Below, one piece after another: positions 8,763 through 27,432 of a DNA stretch of 64,000 nucleotides; position 1 is the first letter of the stretch; each line of letters begins with the position of its first letter. This DNA comes from Gemmatimonas sp. (GTDB lineage Bacteria > Gemmatimonadota > Gemmatimonadetes > Gemmatimonadales > Gemmatimonadaceae). A model generated the notes under the pieces. That model saw only the letters and a program-made list of their open reading frames with translations. It was not told the DNA's origin and did not search any database. The stretch lies in contig OZ257156.1 in the NCBI GenBank assembly GCA_965279375.1, forward strand, positions 2,816,001 through 2,880,000, written 5' to 3'. The position numbers and the translations under genes are program-made.

Positions 8763-8915
8763 ATGGCACGCGAGAAAATCATCCTCGGTTGCACCGAGTG
8801 CAAGAACCGCAACTACTTCACCATGAAGAACAAGCGCCTGCATCCTGAGCGCGTCGAATGGAAGAAGTATTGCCCCCGCTGCAACTCGCACAAGACGCAT
8901 AAGGAAACGAAGTAG
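8763..8915 (+). CDS. rpmG: 50S ribosomal protein L33 (Zn-binding, C+ form)
   Basis: [18 protein letters not shown]...[15 protein letters not shown]. Confidence 0.97.
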   Translation: MAREKIILGCTECKNRNYFTMKNKRLHPERVEWKKYCPRCNSHKTHKETK

Positions 8916-8917
8916 TC

Positions 8918-9151
8918 ATGGCCACGTCGGTCGAAGTCGCCCGTCCAGGGCTCGGCACGCGGCTGGTCACGTTCTACCATGACGTGATCGCTGAGATGAA
9001 GAAGGTGACCTGGCCCGATCGCCCGCAGCTGCAGCAGGCGACGATTCAGATCATCGTCTTCGTGCTGTTGCTCGGTGCGGTGATCGCGCTCGTCGACGTC
9101 GCGTTGCAGGCGCTGCTGGTGCGCTTGCCCGCGATGCTGATCGGCCGCTGA
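8918..9151 (+). CDS. secE: Preprotein translocase subunit SecE
   Basis: EMKKVTWP motif plus single TM. Confidence 0.95.
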   Translation: MATSVEVARPGLGTRLVTFYHDVIAEMKKVTWPDRPQLQQATIQIIVFVLLLGAVIALVDVALQALLVRLPAMLIGR

Positions 9152-9165
9152 GCCCGCACGCGTTT

Positions 9166-9711
9166 ATGCTCGAGCACCGGTGGTATACGGTCCAGACGAC
9201 GTCTGGTCATGAGAACAAGGTGCTGCGCCTGATCCAGCGGAAGATCGACATGGATCCGGCTGCGCCCGAGGATCGCATGATCCGTCAGGCGCTCGTGCCT
9301 ACGCAGGAAGTGGTTGAGATCAAGAACGGCAAGAAGGTGACGGTGGAGCGGAAGATCTTCCCGGGCTATGTGCTCGTGGAGATGGTCGCGGGACAGGACA
9401 CGCTGCACGAAGTCAATGCCATTCAGGGCGTGATCAAGTTCGTGGGCAAGGAGAAGGACCCGACGCCGCTGCGCGACGACGAAGTGCGTCGTTTGCTGGG
9501 CGTGACGGATCCGGAGACCGAGTCGGCGGTGAAGGAAGAGATTCCGTTCCTCGTCGGGCAGGCGGTGGCGATCACCGAGGGCCCGTTCGCGGACTTCAAT
9601 GGCACCGTGGAAGAAGTCTTGCCGGATAAGGGCAAGGTGCGCGTGTCGGTGAGCCTGTTCGGTCGCCCGACCAGCGTCGAGCTCGACTATCTGCAGCTGC
9701 GGGGCTACTGA
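9166..9711 (+). CDS. nusG: Transcription termination/antitermination factor NusG
   Basis: WYTVQTTSGHE, FPGYVLVEM, GPFADFNG, FGRPTSVEL. Confidence 0.98.
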   Translation: MLEHRWYTVQTTSGHENKVLRLIQRKIDMDPAAPEDRMIRQALVPTQEVVEIKNGKKVTVERKIFPGYVLVEMVAGQDTLHEVNAIQGVIKFVGKEKDPTPLRDDEVRRLLGVTDPETESAVKEEIPFLVGQAVAITEGPFADFNGTVEEVLPDKGKVRVSVSLFGRPTSVELDYLQLRGY

Positions 9712-9744
9712 GTACTACTGCAGTTGAGTGGCAGGACAATGCCG

Positions 9745-9790
9745 GTGGGACGCAGAGCAAAGTGCATCGCTCTCCCCCGTCGCCAACCAC
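9745..9790 (+). promoter_or_regulatory. Putative L1-binding autoregulatory leader of rplK
   Basis: GTGGGACG...CGTCGCCAACCAC stem with asymmetric internal loop, resembling GUGG-GA.../...AACCAC L1 operators, in the nusG-rplK gap. Confidence 0.5.
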
Positions 9791-9868
9791 AGCGACGTTA
9801 AAGATGCGGCGTGGCAGCACGACCGCGCGGGGATGGTCCCCGTGCGGAACTTGCGTTGAGGTGTAAGC

Positions 9869-10291
9869 ATGGCAAAGAAGGTCACTGGATTCGTCAAGCT
9901 GCAGATTCCGAGCGGCAAGGCGAACCCGGCGCCCCCCGTGGGTACGGCTCTCGGCCCCCAGGGTATCAACATCATGGCATTCTGCAAAGAGTTTAACGCT
10001 CGGACGCAGGGTGGCGACATGGTGATCCCGGTCGAAGTCACGATCTACGGCGACAAGTCGTTCACGTTCATTCTGAAGACCCCGCCGGCGGCGGAGTTGA
10101 TCAAGAAGGAACTGGGCGTCGAGAAGGGCTCGGGTCAGCCGAATAAGGTGAAGGTCGGAACGATCACGCGTGCGCAGCTCAAGAAGCTCGCCGAGATCAA
10201 AATGCCGGACCTCAACACGGAGTCCATCGATAGCGCGATCGCCATGATGGCGGGTGCCGCGCGTTCGATGGGCATCACGGTCAAGGACTGA
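9869..10291 (+). CDS. rplK: 50S ribosomal protein L11
   Basis: [28 protein letters not shown]. Confidence 0.99.
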   Translation: MAKKVTGFVKLQIPSGKANPAPPVGTALGPQGINIMAFCKEFNARTQGGDMVIPVEVTIYGDKSFTFILKTPPAAELIKKELGVEKGSGQPNKVKVGTITRAQLKKLAEIKMPDLNTESIDSAIAMMAGAARSMGITVKD

Positions 10292-10293
10292 GC

Positions 10294-10983
10294 ATGAAGA
10301 CGCATGGAAAGAAGTTTCGCACCGCGAGTGAGCGGCGCGAAGTCGCCAAGCCCTACGCCGCGTCGCAGGCCATCGCGCTGGTCAAGCAGATGAGCTTCGC
10401 GAAGTTCGACGAGACGGTGGAAGTCGCCGTTCGTCTCGGCGTCGATCCGCGCCACGCCGATCAGGTGGTGCGTGGCACGGTCGTGTTGCCGGCGGGTACG
10501 GGCAAGACGATGCGTGTGCTGGTGATCGCGGCTGGTGCCAAGATCCAGGAAGCGCAGGACGCGGGCGCCGATTTCGTCGGCACCGAGTTCCTGGCGAAGA
10601 TCAAGGAAGGGTGGCTGGACTTCGACGTCCTCATCGCCACGCCGGACCAGATGGGCCAGCTGGGTCAGCTCGGCCGTATTCTCGGTCCTCGCGGCCTGAT
10701 GCCGAATCCGAAGGCCGGCACCGTGACCTTCGACGTGGGCAAGGCTGTCCGCGAGTCGAAGGGCGGCAAGATCGAGTTCCGCGTCGACAAGGGTGGCAAC
10801 GTGCACGCCCCGATCGGCAAGGTCTCGTTCGAGCCGGAAGCACTCGCTTCCAACTTTGCTGCGCTGATGGACACTCTCGTCCGCTCCAAGCCGACTGCGG
10901 CGAAGGGCGTCTACATCCGGAACGTCGCGCTGTCCAGCACCATGGGACCCGGCGTCAGTGTCGACACCACGCCGTACCGTTAA
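10294..10983 (+). CDS. rplA: 50S ribosomal protein L1
   Basis: [30 protein letters not shown]. Confidence 0.99.
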   Translation: MKTHGKKFRTASERREVAKPYAASQAIALVKQMSFAKFDETVEVAVRLGVDPRHADQVVRGTVVLPAGTGKTMRVLVIAAGAKIQEAQDAGADFVGTEFLAKIKEGWLDFDVLIATPDQMGQLGQLGRILGPRGLMPNPKAGTVTFDVGKAVRESKGGKIEFRVDKGGNVHAPIGKVSFEPEALASNFAALMDTLVRSKPTAAKGVYIRNVALSSTMGPGVSVDTTPYR

Positions 10984-10998
10984 GAGGCAGACGCGACC

Positions 10999-11523
10999 AT
11001 GAAAGCCAAACCAAAGGCAAAGAAGCACGACAAGCAGGTGCTCGTGGATAGCCTGAGCTCCAAGCTCGGCTCCGCCAGCGCGCTGTACTACACGGATTTC
11101 ACGGGCTTGAACGTGAAGCGTATGACGGAACTCCGTCGTCGCTTGAGCCGCGTGGGCGTGGAGTATGTCGTGATCAAGAACACGCTGGCGTTGCGTGCCG
11201 TGAACGAAAGCGGTCTCGTGTCGCAGCGTTTGAAGGGCCCGACCGGCGTGGTGGTGGCGAAGGATGCCATCGCGGCAGCGAAGGTGCTCTCCGAGTTCGC
11301 CAAGGAGAACGACCAGAGGCCGTCGGTGAAGGGTGGCATTTACGAAGGGAAGTCGATCGATGAAGCGCTGGTCAAGAAGTTGGCCACGTTGCCGTCGCGC
11401 GAAGACGCCCTCTCGATCTTTGCCGGTTACCTGAACAGCATTCCGATGATGTTCGCCCTCGCACTCGACGCGCGTAAGGCGCAGCTCGAAGGCTCTAACG
11501 AAGTTCCCCAGGCGTCTGCCTGA
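10999..11523 (+). CDS. rplJ: 50S ribosomal protein L10
   Basis: [25 protein letters not shown]. Confidence 0.97.
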   Translation: MKAKPKAKKHDKQVLVDSLSSKLGSASALYYTDFTGLNVKRMTELRRRLSRVGVEYVVIKNTLALRAVNESGLVSQRLKGPTGVVVAKDAIAAAKVLSEFAKENDQRPSVKGGIYEGKSIDEALVKKLATLPSREDALSIFAGYLNSIPMMFALALDARKAQLEGSNEVPQASA

Positions 11524-11570
11524 TCACACGCCCCAGGCTCCCTGGGGGAAAGAATACGGAGAGTTTCAAG

Positions 11571-11957
11571 ATGGCTAACACTGCACTCAGCAAGGACGAG
11601 ATCATCGACGCGATCGGCGCGATGAGCGTGATCGAGTTGTCCGACCTGATCGAGACGTTCAAGACGAAGTTCAACGTCACCATCGCGGCCGTTGCCGCGG
11701 GCGGTGGCGGTGGTGGCGCGGCTCCGGCCGCCGCGGCCGAAGAGCAGACCGAGTTCACGGTTGTGCTCAAGGAAGCGGGCGCCAAGAAGATTCAGGTCAT
11801 CAAGGTCGTCCGTGAGATCACGGGCCTTGGCCTCAAGGAAGCCAAGGACCTGGTCGACGGCGCTCCGAAGAGCGTGAAGGAAAACGTCTCGAAGGACGAG
11901 GCGGCTCAGCTCAAGGCCAAGCTCGAGGCTGAAGGCGCGACCGTCGAAGTGAAGTAA
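11571..11957 (+). CDS. rplL: 50S ribosomal protein L7/L12
   Basis: [33 protein letters not shown]. Confidence 0.99.
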   Translation: MANTALSKDEIIDAIGAMSVIELSDLIETFKTKFNVTIAAVAAGGGGGGAAPAAAAEEQTEFTVVLKEAGAKKIQVIKVVREITGLGLKEAKDLVDGAPKSVKENVSKDEAAQLKAKLEAEGATVEVK

Positions 11958-12200
11958 GGCATCGAACCCGGACCGGGCATCGCTGCGGCGGTGCCCGACT
12001 CCCCGGGCCTCGATCTCCTCACTTCCCCTCGACGTCTCCGTGCACCAGCCGACCTTTCGGTTTTTCTCGTCGAAGTACCACTCCGCCCCGGCAGCGCGCC
12101 TCGCGTTTTTCGCGAACGCCGCTATCGGGGACGGAGTGTTTTGCGCCCCCGGCACCCCCGGATTCAGCGCGCCCCGCGATGTGGGTGAGCCCCTAAGGAC

Positions 12201-16766
<4,566 letters not shown>

Positions 16767-16769
16767 TCC

Positions 16770-21095
<4,326 letters not shown>

Positions 21096-21119
21096 GCGGC
21101 CGTCTGAACGACTGAAATA

Positions 21120-21160
21120 CACGAAGGGCGGCATCGGGATCTCCGATGCCGCCCTTCGTG
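21120..21160. terminator. Bidirectional hairpin between convergent rpoC and kinase genes
   Basis: CACGAAGGGCGGCATCGG-GATCT-CCGATGCCGCCCTTCGTG, 18-bp perfect stem. Confidence 0.85.
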
Positions 21161-21210
21161 CGTTTGGCGCGTGACGCGTCACGAGTCACGCACTGTGCGC
21201 GCGTCGTGCG

Positions 21211-23280
21211 CTACTCGGCTGGCGGCGCGGCTGGCGGCGCGGCCGGTGGCGTCGCGGGCGAAGGGCTTGCCGGCCGCGGCCCACCGGGCGGGCGACGCGA
21301 CATCATCGTGCGCGCCGAGTCGAGCCACATTGAGACCTTTGCCGCGGATGGATCGAGCGCGCGCTTGGCGTCCACTGACGGCACCACGATTTCGTACGAG
21401 CGCGAGAAACGGCCACCGCGCACTTCGGTAAGAATCGTCATCACTTCGATCGAGTCGCCGCGCTGGCTGATCACTCCGCTCACCACGACATCGGCGCGGA
21501 GTCCCCAGCCAAGTGACACACGATCGGCGCTCAGCCGCGTGGCGCGATCGGTGGTGGCATTGTCGACGACGTCGAACTTGTCTGCAGGAATCGCCGCGCG
21601 AATAGCCGCCGCCGCCTCACGACCGAGGTTTGAAAACTCGCGCTTGCCGGTGGCATTGGTGTAGTTGGAGATGACCACGCGCGTGCGTCCATCGGTTGGC
21701 GGCGCGATGAGTGGCACGATGCCGGTGGAGAGTCCCGACATCGCACCGGCTGCGGCTGCGAGGCCGGCACTGGCGGCGTTCGCCGCTACGCTGCGCGATG
21801 GATCGTTTCGCGGGTCGAAGCGAGGATCGAAGCGCGGATCCCGCGGCAAGTTGGCGAGATCCTTCTCGATGCGTTGCATTGCGTACGACATCGAGTCGGA
21901 GAAGATGCGGCGCACCTCGCTGAGCAGCGCCTCGCGATCCACCGTCACTTCCGTCTTCGGATCCTCGAGCGAACGCACGATGATGCGCGTCCCCTTGGCG
22001 ACGGTTGGCGCCGTGGCGGCGGCCGAGCTGTCCTTGAGCTTGGCGTCTGCGCGCGCCGCTGACTGTCGCTTGAGCATCACTTCCATGATGGCCAGCGATT
22101 CGGCGCGCGACAGCGTCACCGGCACCGCAGTGGTGCGCGCGCCATCGGCCGCGTCGGACCCGACCGCACTGTCTCGGAAGGCGGCGCTACCGGGCTCGAT
22201 TTGCGTCGTGTCTGCGCCTGCGACAGCGGTCAGCGCACCGTCGCCGTTTCGCGCTCCGCCGGGGCCGACATCGCGCGCGGCGAGAGTATCCGCTGCTGCA
22301 GTCGTCGCCGCTTCACTCGCATTGCGACGCAGGCGCTGCGCAATCGACAACGACGCGACCAGCAACAGCACAGCGGCAACGGCCATCGGCCAGCGGCGCG
22401 GTGAGCTAGGCGCCGCGCCCGCCTTGGCCCGCCCAGTCAGCGGCGGGAGGGCGTCGAGTTCGGCGAGCAATGCCTGCGCGCTGGCGGGACGCTTGTTGGC
22501 GTCCTTCTCGAGGCAGTGCATGATGACGCGCGACAACGCCTCGGGGATCTCGCTGAGCGCGGTGTGTGGCGCCGGCGGGGTGAGTGTCAGCTGCGCGGCG
22601 AGCGTTGCTTGCGGCGACGTCCCGGTGAACGGCGACGTGCCGGTGAGGAGCTCATAGCCAAGCAGACCGACGGCGTAGAGATCCACGCGATGGTCGGCGG
22701 CGGGGTCGGCCGCCAGTTGCTCCGGCGCCATGTAGGCTGGCGTACCGATGGCCATGCCGGTCGTGGTGCCGCCGTGCAGCGGAATTGCGGCGCTAAGCGC
22801 CTTGGCGACGCCGAAGTCGGTGACCAGGGCATGCATTCCCGACGTGAGGATGTTGTCGGGCTTGATGTCGCGATGCACGATGCCGCGCGCGTGCGCATAG
22901 GCAAGCGCGTCCACCACATCGTGCAGGATGCGAACGACGTCGCGTACCGGCAGGCGGCCCTGTCGCTTGATCGCGCCGCGCAGCGACTCGCCATCGATGT
23001 ACGGCATCGAGTACCAGAGCAGCGCGTCGTCGTCGCCGGCGGCGAGCACGGGCACGATGTGCGGATGCTGCAACTGCGCGGCGAGTTGGATCTCGCGGCG
23101 GAAGCGCTCGACGTTGACACCGGCCGCGAGGTCGGGCGGGAGCACCTTGATGACGACGCGTCGCTGCAGCGCGCGTTCGGTGGCGAGGAAGACGCGTGAC
23201 ATGCCGCCGCCGCCGATCTCCCGTTCAATCAGGAAGTCGGCGTCGAGTGCGTGCTGGAGGCGACTTTGAAAGTCAGTCAC
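21211..23280 (-). CDS. Hanks-type Ser/Thr protein kinase with TM helix and C-terminal TolB-N/CsgG-like domain
   Basis: IGGGGMSRV, VVIK, HRDIKPDN, DFG, GTPAYMAPE; TM WPMAVAAVLLLVASL; C-terminal VVISNYTN..ADVVVSGVI. Confidence 0.93.
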   Translation of the reverse strand: MTDFQSRLQHALDADFLIEREIGGGGMSRVFLATERALQRRVVIKVLPPDLAAGVNVERFRREIQLAAQLQHPHIVPVLAAGDDDALLWYSMPYIDGESLRGAIKRQGRLPVRDVVRILHDVVDALAYAHARGIVHRDIKPDNILTSGMHALVTDFGVAKALSAAIPLHGGTTTGMAIGTPAYMAPEQLAADPAADHRVDLYAVGLLGYELLTGTSPFTGTSPQATLAAQLTLTPPAPHTALSEIPEALSRVIMHCLEKDANKRPASAQALLAELDALPPLTGRAKAGAAPSSPRRWPMAVAAVLLLVASLSIAQRLRRNASEAATTAAADTLAARDVGPGGARNGDGALTAVAGADTTQIEPGSAAFRDSAVGSDAADGARTTAVPVTLSRAESLAIMEVMLKRQSAARADAKLKDSSAAATAPTVAKGTRIIVRSLEDPKTEVTVDREALLSEVRRIFSDSMSYAMQRIEKDLANLPRDPRFDPRFDPRNDPSRSVAANAASAGLAAAAGAMSGLSTGIVPLIAPPTDGRTRVVISNYTNATGKREFSNLGREAAAAIRAAIPADKFDVVDNATTDRATRLSADRVSLGWGLRADVVVSGVISQRGDSIEVMTILTEVRGGRFSRSYEIVVPSVDAKRALDPSAAKVSMWLDSARTMMSRRPPGGPRPASPSPATPPAAPPAAPPAE

Positions 23281-23442
23281 GGATGCAGGGGTCGACGCAT
23301 GTTCGGTGTTTCGTCAAAGTACAGCGTTGGTCGCCGAGGGGTGAGCGCACGGGTATGGCGCGACTTCCTACTCATTCGTACGTTGCGAAGGTCGATCTTG
23401 TTCAGACACCGCGAGAAACCGGCGGGATGCCGGGAGGAACCG

Positions 23443-24009
23443 ATGATGCGGCGTGCCGTGATGTTGGCGAGCGTAGTGGTGTTGGGCGCGTGCGCGAGCG
23501 CCAAGAGCGGCACGGCGGCGCCGGATCTGTCGACGCAACGCGTCGGTTCGCAATCGATTGTGGCGGGATCGGGCTCCGCGAGCGTTGCGCTCCGTTCGGA
23601 AGCCGTGGCCTCGTCTTCGGTGGTCGACCTGTCACCTGACAAGGCGTTCGCTGCGCTCGAGTCCGCGTACATCGCGTTGGGCATCCCGATCTCCGAAAAG
23701 CTGCCGGCCAAGCGCCAGCTCGGGAATCCGGCCTTTCGCGCTCGCCGCAAGCTCGGCGACCTCCAGCTCACCAAGCTCGTGGACTGCGGCGGGGACAGCG
23801 GCATGCCCAACGCCGAGACCTATATCCTGACGCTGTCGATCTCGTCGGTCGTCTCGGCGAACGCGGCCGGAGGGTCGGTCGTGCAGACGGTGCTCGAGGG
23901 GGATGGCAAGAATCCGCTCACGAACGCGGCCACCAATGTCCGCTGCGGCTCCCTCGGGGAGCTGGAGAAGCGGATCGTGATGCGGATGAAGGCCGCACCG
24001 GCCAAGTAA
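23443..24009 (+). CDS. Lipoprotein of unknown function
   Basis: GGAGG RBS; lipobox [17 protein letters not shown]; two further Cys (DCG, RCGS). Confidence 0.8.
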   Translation: MMRRAVMLASVVVLGACASAKSGTAAPDLSTQRVGSQSIVAGSGSASVALRSEAVASSSVVDLSPDKAFAALESAYIALGIPISEKLPAKRQLGNPAFRARRKLGDLQLTKLVDCGGDSGMPNAETYILTLSISSVVSANAAGGSVVQTVLEGDGKNPLTNAATNVRCGSLGELEKRIVMRMKAAPAK

Positions 24010-24082
24010 GCAGGGCCTTCGCAGGGGCCCGACCGCTCCGTGGTCGTCCGGAGCGAGCCGTCTGGTGGCCAGGCGGGTCGAG

Positions 24083-24111
24083 TTGACCCAGCCAGTGGGG
24101 CTGACTAAGCT
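24083..24111 (+). promoter_or_regulatory. sigma70 promoter of rpsL-rpsG
   Basis: TTGACC-17 nt-TAAGCT. Confidence 0.7.
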
Positions 24112-24259
24112 TAGGGTTCTGTTCCGTGCCGCGTCCGGCAGTGTCCGACGTCCTGCGCATAACTGTGTCAGGAGCGGACGTTGTGGTGTCTCCGTCTTTC
24201 GAGGAGCCATCGCCGGCGTGATTCACGTAGATGTCGGTTTCCGAACACCCCATAGGCGA

Positions 24260-24672
<413 letters not shown>

Positions 24673-24676
<4 letters not shown>

Positions 24677-25143
24677 GCCGCCGCAAGAGCGCCGTAAAGC
24701 GCACCGTTCTGCCTGATGCGCGTTACGACAGCCAGACCGTTTCGAAGTTCATCAACAACCTGATGATCCAGGGCAAGAAGTCCACCGCCGAAGGAATCTT
24801 CTACGGCGCCATGGACATCGTCGAAGCCAAGACGAGCCAGCCGGGCGTGGGTGTGTTCAAGCAGGCGTTGAACAACCTCAAGCCGGTCGTCGAAGTGAAG
24901 AGCCGCCGCGTCGGTGGTGCCACCTACCAGGTGCCCGTCGAAGTGCGTCAGGATCGTCGGACTGCGTTGGCGATGCGTTGGCTGATCGGGTATTCCCGCG
25001 ATCGCAATGAGAAGTCGATGTCGGAGAAGCTGGCGGCCGAAGTGCTCGCGGCCAGCCGCGGCGAAGGCAATGCGATCAAGAAGAAGGAAGACACGCATCG
25101 CATGGCTGAAGCGAACAAGGCCTTCGCGCACTACCGCTGGTAA
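24673..25143 (+). CDS. rpsG: 30S ribosomal protein S7
   Basis: [25 protein letters not shown]. Confidence 0.99.
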
Positions 25144-25160
25144 TCGCGAAGTACTGACAT

Positions 25161-25204
25161 ACGAAAGGCGCCCCGGATCTCGAAGATCCGGGGCGCCTTT
25201 TCGT
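25161..25204 (+). terminator. Strong intrinsic terminator after rpsG
   Basis: ACGAAAGGCGCCCCGGATCT-CGA-AGATCCGGGGCGCCTTTTCGT. Confidence 0.88.
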
Positions 25205-25211
25205 TGTACGC

Positions 25212-25238
25212 GGTGCAGCGGACCAAGCCCGCTGCACC
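25212..25238. terminator. Second hairpin, likely the 3' end of the PEP-CTERM transcript
   Basis: GGTGCAGCGG-ACCAAGC-CCGCTGCACC 10-bp stem. Confidence 0.5.
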
Positions 25239-25261
25239 CTGTCGATGCCTAGTTCAAAACC

Positions 25262-26101
25262 TTACGCCTGACGCTTCCGACGGGCCGCGGCGACGACTGC
25301 CGCGAGGCCGAGGCCGACGAGCGCTACGGAGCCGGGCTCCGGTACCGTCGCAAAATCGAGCGCGATCACGGCGTCGTTGAAGTCACCGTCGCTCCAACCG
25401 GCTTCGTCTTCCCAGCCAAGGACAGCGTCGGAGGGGCCGCCGAAGTAGCCGCCGCCGTTGCTCCACGCAGACGTCCACGTCGCCGGCGCGCCGGCGCGAT
25501 TGCCGCTGCCGAAGACCAGCTCATCACTCACCGGCGCGCCGCCATTGAGGAAGACGTTGGCGAAGCCCAGTTCGAAGTTGCCGTCCTGCGTCGCCCGTCC
25601 GTTGTTGTTCTGTCGCACCCAGCCATACCCCGAGTAGTACCAATTCACGGTGTGCGTCTGCGTGTTGAAATCGTACGTGTTCACGCGGAGGCCGAACACC
25701 AGCTCCTGCGTGGACGCATACACGCCCGGCAGCTGCACCCACGGCGAGCCCGGGTTGATCGTGCTGCTGTTTTCAGGCTTGCCGCCGATGTAGGTGTAGT
25801 CGGCCGCGTTCACGAGGGGATTGAACGGGTTGAAGCCGCTGCCGAAGAACCCCTGAAAGAAATAGACGTCGCTCTGGAAGTACGCGATGCCGCCGAGGTA
25901 CCGCGCGGCCGCGACGACCGGCGTGCCACCCTGTCCGACGCCAGCCGCGGCCGCCGTCACCGTGGTGGATGTGGGCGAGGAGGGGATGAGGCAAAGGCCT
26001 GCCGCCTTGTCGGCGGCGGAGCACCCCTGGGCAGACGCCACCTGCGGAGCCATCAGACTGGCTGCCAGCAACAGAAGCGGGACGCGGAGACGAGACGACA
26101 T
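25262..26101 (-). CDS. PEP-CTERM sorting-domain surface protein
   Basis: Signal peptide; acidic WEDEAGWSDGDFNDAVI motif (DUF4114-like); C-terminal VPEPGSVALVGLGLAAVVAAARRKR. Confidence 0.9.
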   Translation of the reverse strand: MSSRLRVPLLLLAASLMAPQVASAQGCSAADKAAGLCLIPSSPTSTTVTAAAAGVGQGGTPVVAAARYLGGIAYFQSDVYFFQGFFGSGFNPFNPLVNAADYTYIGGKPENSSTINPGSPWVQLPGVYASTQELVFGLRVNTYDFNTQTHTVNWYYSGYGWVRQNNNGRATQDGNFELGFANVFLNGGAPVSDELVFGSGNRAGAPATWTSAWSNGGGYFGGPSDAVLGWEDEAGWSDGDFNDAVIALDFATVPEPGSVALVGLGLAAVVAAARRKRQA

Positions 26102-26184
26102 GGGCAAGATCCAGAATTCGTGAGATGGTTCAGCGCAGGATCGCGCCGGAAACCGAAACCAACACAGCCACGACCTAGCATAGG

Positions 26185-26199
26185 GCAAGGTGCGTGCCG
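26185..26199 (-). promoter_or_regulatory. sigma54 (-24/-12) promoter of the PEP-CTERM gene
   Basis: Minus strand CGGCACG-CACC-TTGC (GG-N10-GC), 84 nt upstream of the ATG. Confidence 0.7.
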
Positions 26200-26396
26200 A
26201 CCTCTACCATAAGACCCGCCGTCCATTTGGGCCGAAGAACGTCTCGTTTCCCTAGAGCGGCGTTACTGCTACGGCATTCGCGTGCGATCGGATGTCCGGC
26301 GCAGCTACTGAATTCTACGCGATCCTCTGCGGTGGCGCTGCAGCTGGACTACATGATGATCGCCAAGTTGTGGTGCGCACGCAACGCATCCGGACG

Positions 26397-27431
26397 TCAC
26401 ATACTCGCGGGATCCGGTGCGTCGGCAGTGCTGCCCGCGGACGGCGGTGCGGTTCGGCGCGGCCAATGCTCATCCACCACGAACGCCGGCCGACGGCGCG
26501 TTTCGTCGAGCGTGCGCCAGAGATACTCGCCCAGAATGCCGAGCATCAGCATCTGCACGCCGGCAGTGAAGGCGAGCAGGATGATGAGCGAAGCGAAGCC
26601 TTGCACAGGTATGCCGCGAAAGGCCCAGGCGGTGAAGACGAAACCGGCATACGCGAACGACGACAGCGCCACCGTGGCACCGAGCAATGAGAGAAATCGG
26701 ATCGGTGCGTACGAAAACGCGACGAACGAGTCGATGAAGAGCTTCAGCTTCTTCGAGAACGTCCAACGCGACGTCCCCTTCGTACGCGCGCGTCGAACGT
26801 ACGGGATCATCACCGGTGCAAAGCCTAGCCAAAAGATCAGCGACATCAGGTTCGTGTTCTTCTCGCGAATCTTGAGCAGCTCAGCGCGCACCTGCCGATC
26901 GATGAGAAAGCAATCGAAGCCGCCGCTCGGATAGTCGGGGAGCGCGTAGCGTTGCATCAGCGCGTAATAGGAATTGGCGAGCTTCGTTTGCAGCCAGCCG
27001 TCCTCGCGATCGGCGCGCACGGCCAGCACCACCTTGGTGCCACGACGCCAGTGCTCGATCATCTGCACGAACAGCTCCGGCGGGTCCTGCAAATCGGCGG
27101 TGATGACGCCAATGCAGTCGCCGCTTGCGGCCTCAATTCCCGCGAGAATGGCGGCCATCGATCCGAAATTTCGCGACAGTCGCAGGACCTGAATACAGTC
27201 AGGATGTCGCAGTTGCCATTCGCGCAGCATCGCGAGCGACTCATCTCCCGAGCGGTCGTCCACGAACACCAGCTCGAGCGCGACGTCTCCCAGTGCTTCT
27301 CGGAGCGCCAACAGCTGCGGCAGCGTGTCCGGAATATTCGGCGCAGAATAATAGATGGGCACGACGATACTCAGTCGCGCCGGGGCCGCGCTCGTGGCTG
27401 CCACGGCAGGCATCGTCGTTTCGATGGTCAT
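26397..27431 (-). CDS. GT2 polyprenyl-phosphate glycosyltransferase (GtrB/ArnC-like)
   Basis: LSIVVP, FVDDRSGD, LSRNFG, ADLQDPPE, two C-terminal TMs, GILGEYL. Confidence 0.93.
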   Translation of the reverse strand: MTIETTMPAVAATSAAPARLSIVVPIYYSAPNIPDTLPQLLALREALGDVALELVFVDDRSGDESLAMLREWQLRHPDCIQVLRLSRNFGSMAAILAGIEAASGDCIGVITADLQDPPELFVQMIEHWRRGTKVVLAVRADREDGWLQTKLANSYYALMQRYALPDYPSGGFDCFLIDRQVRAELLKIREKNTNLMSLIFWLGFAPVMIPYVRRARTKGTSRWTFSKKLKLFIDSFVAFSYAPIRFLSLLGATVALSSFAYAGFVFTAWAFRGIPVQGFASLIILLAFTAGVQMLMLGILGEYLWRTLDETRRRPAFVVDEHWPRRTAPPSAGSTADAPDPASM

Positions 27432-27432
27432 G

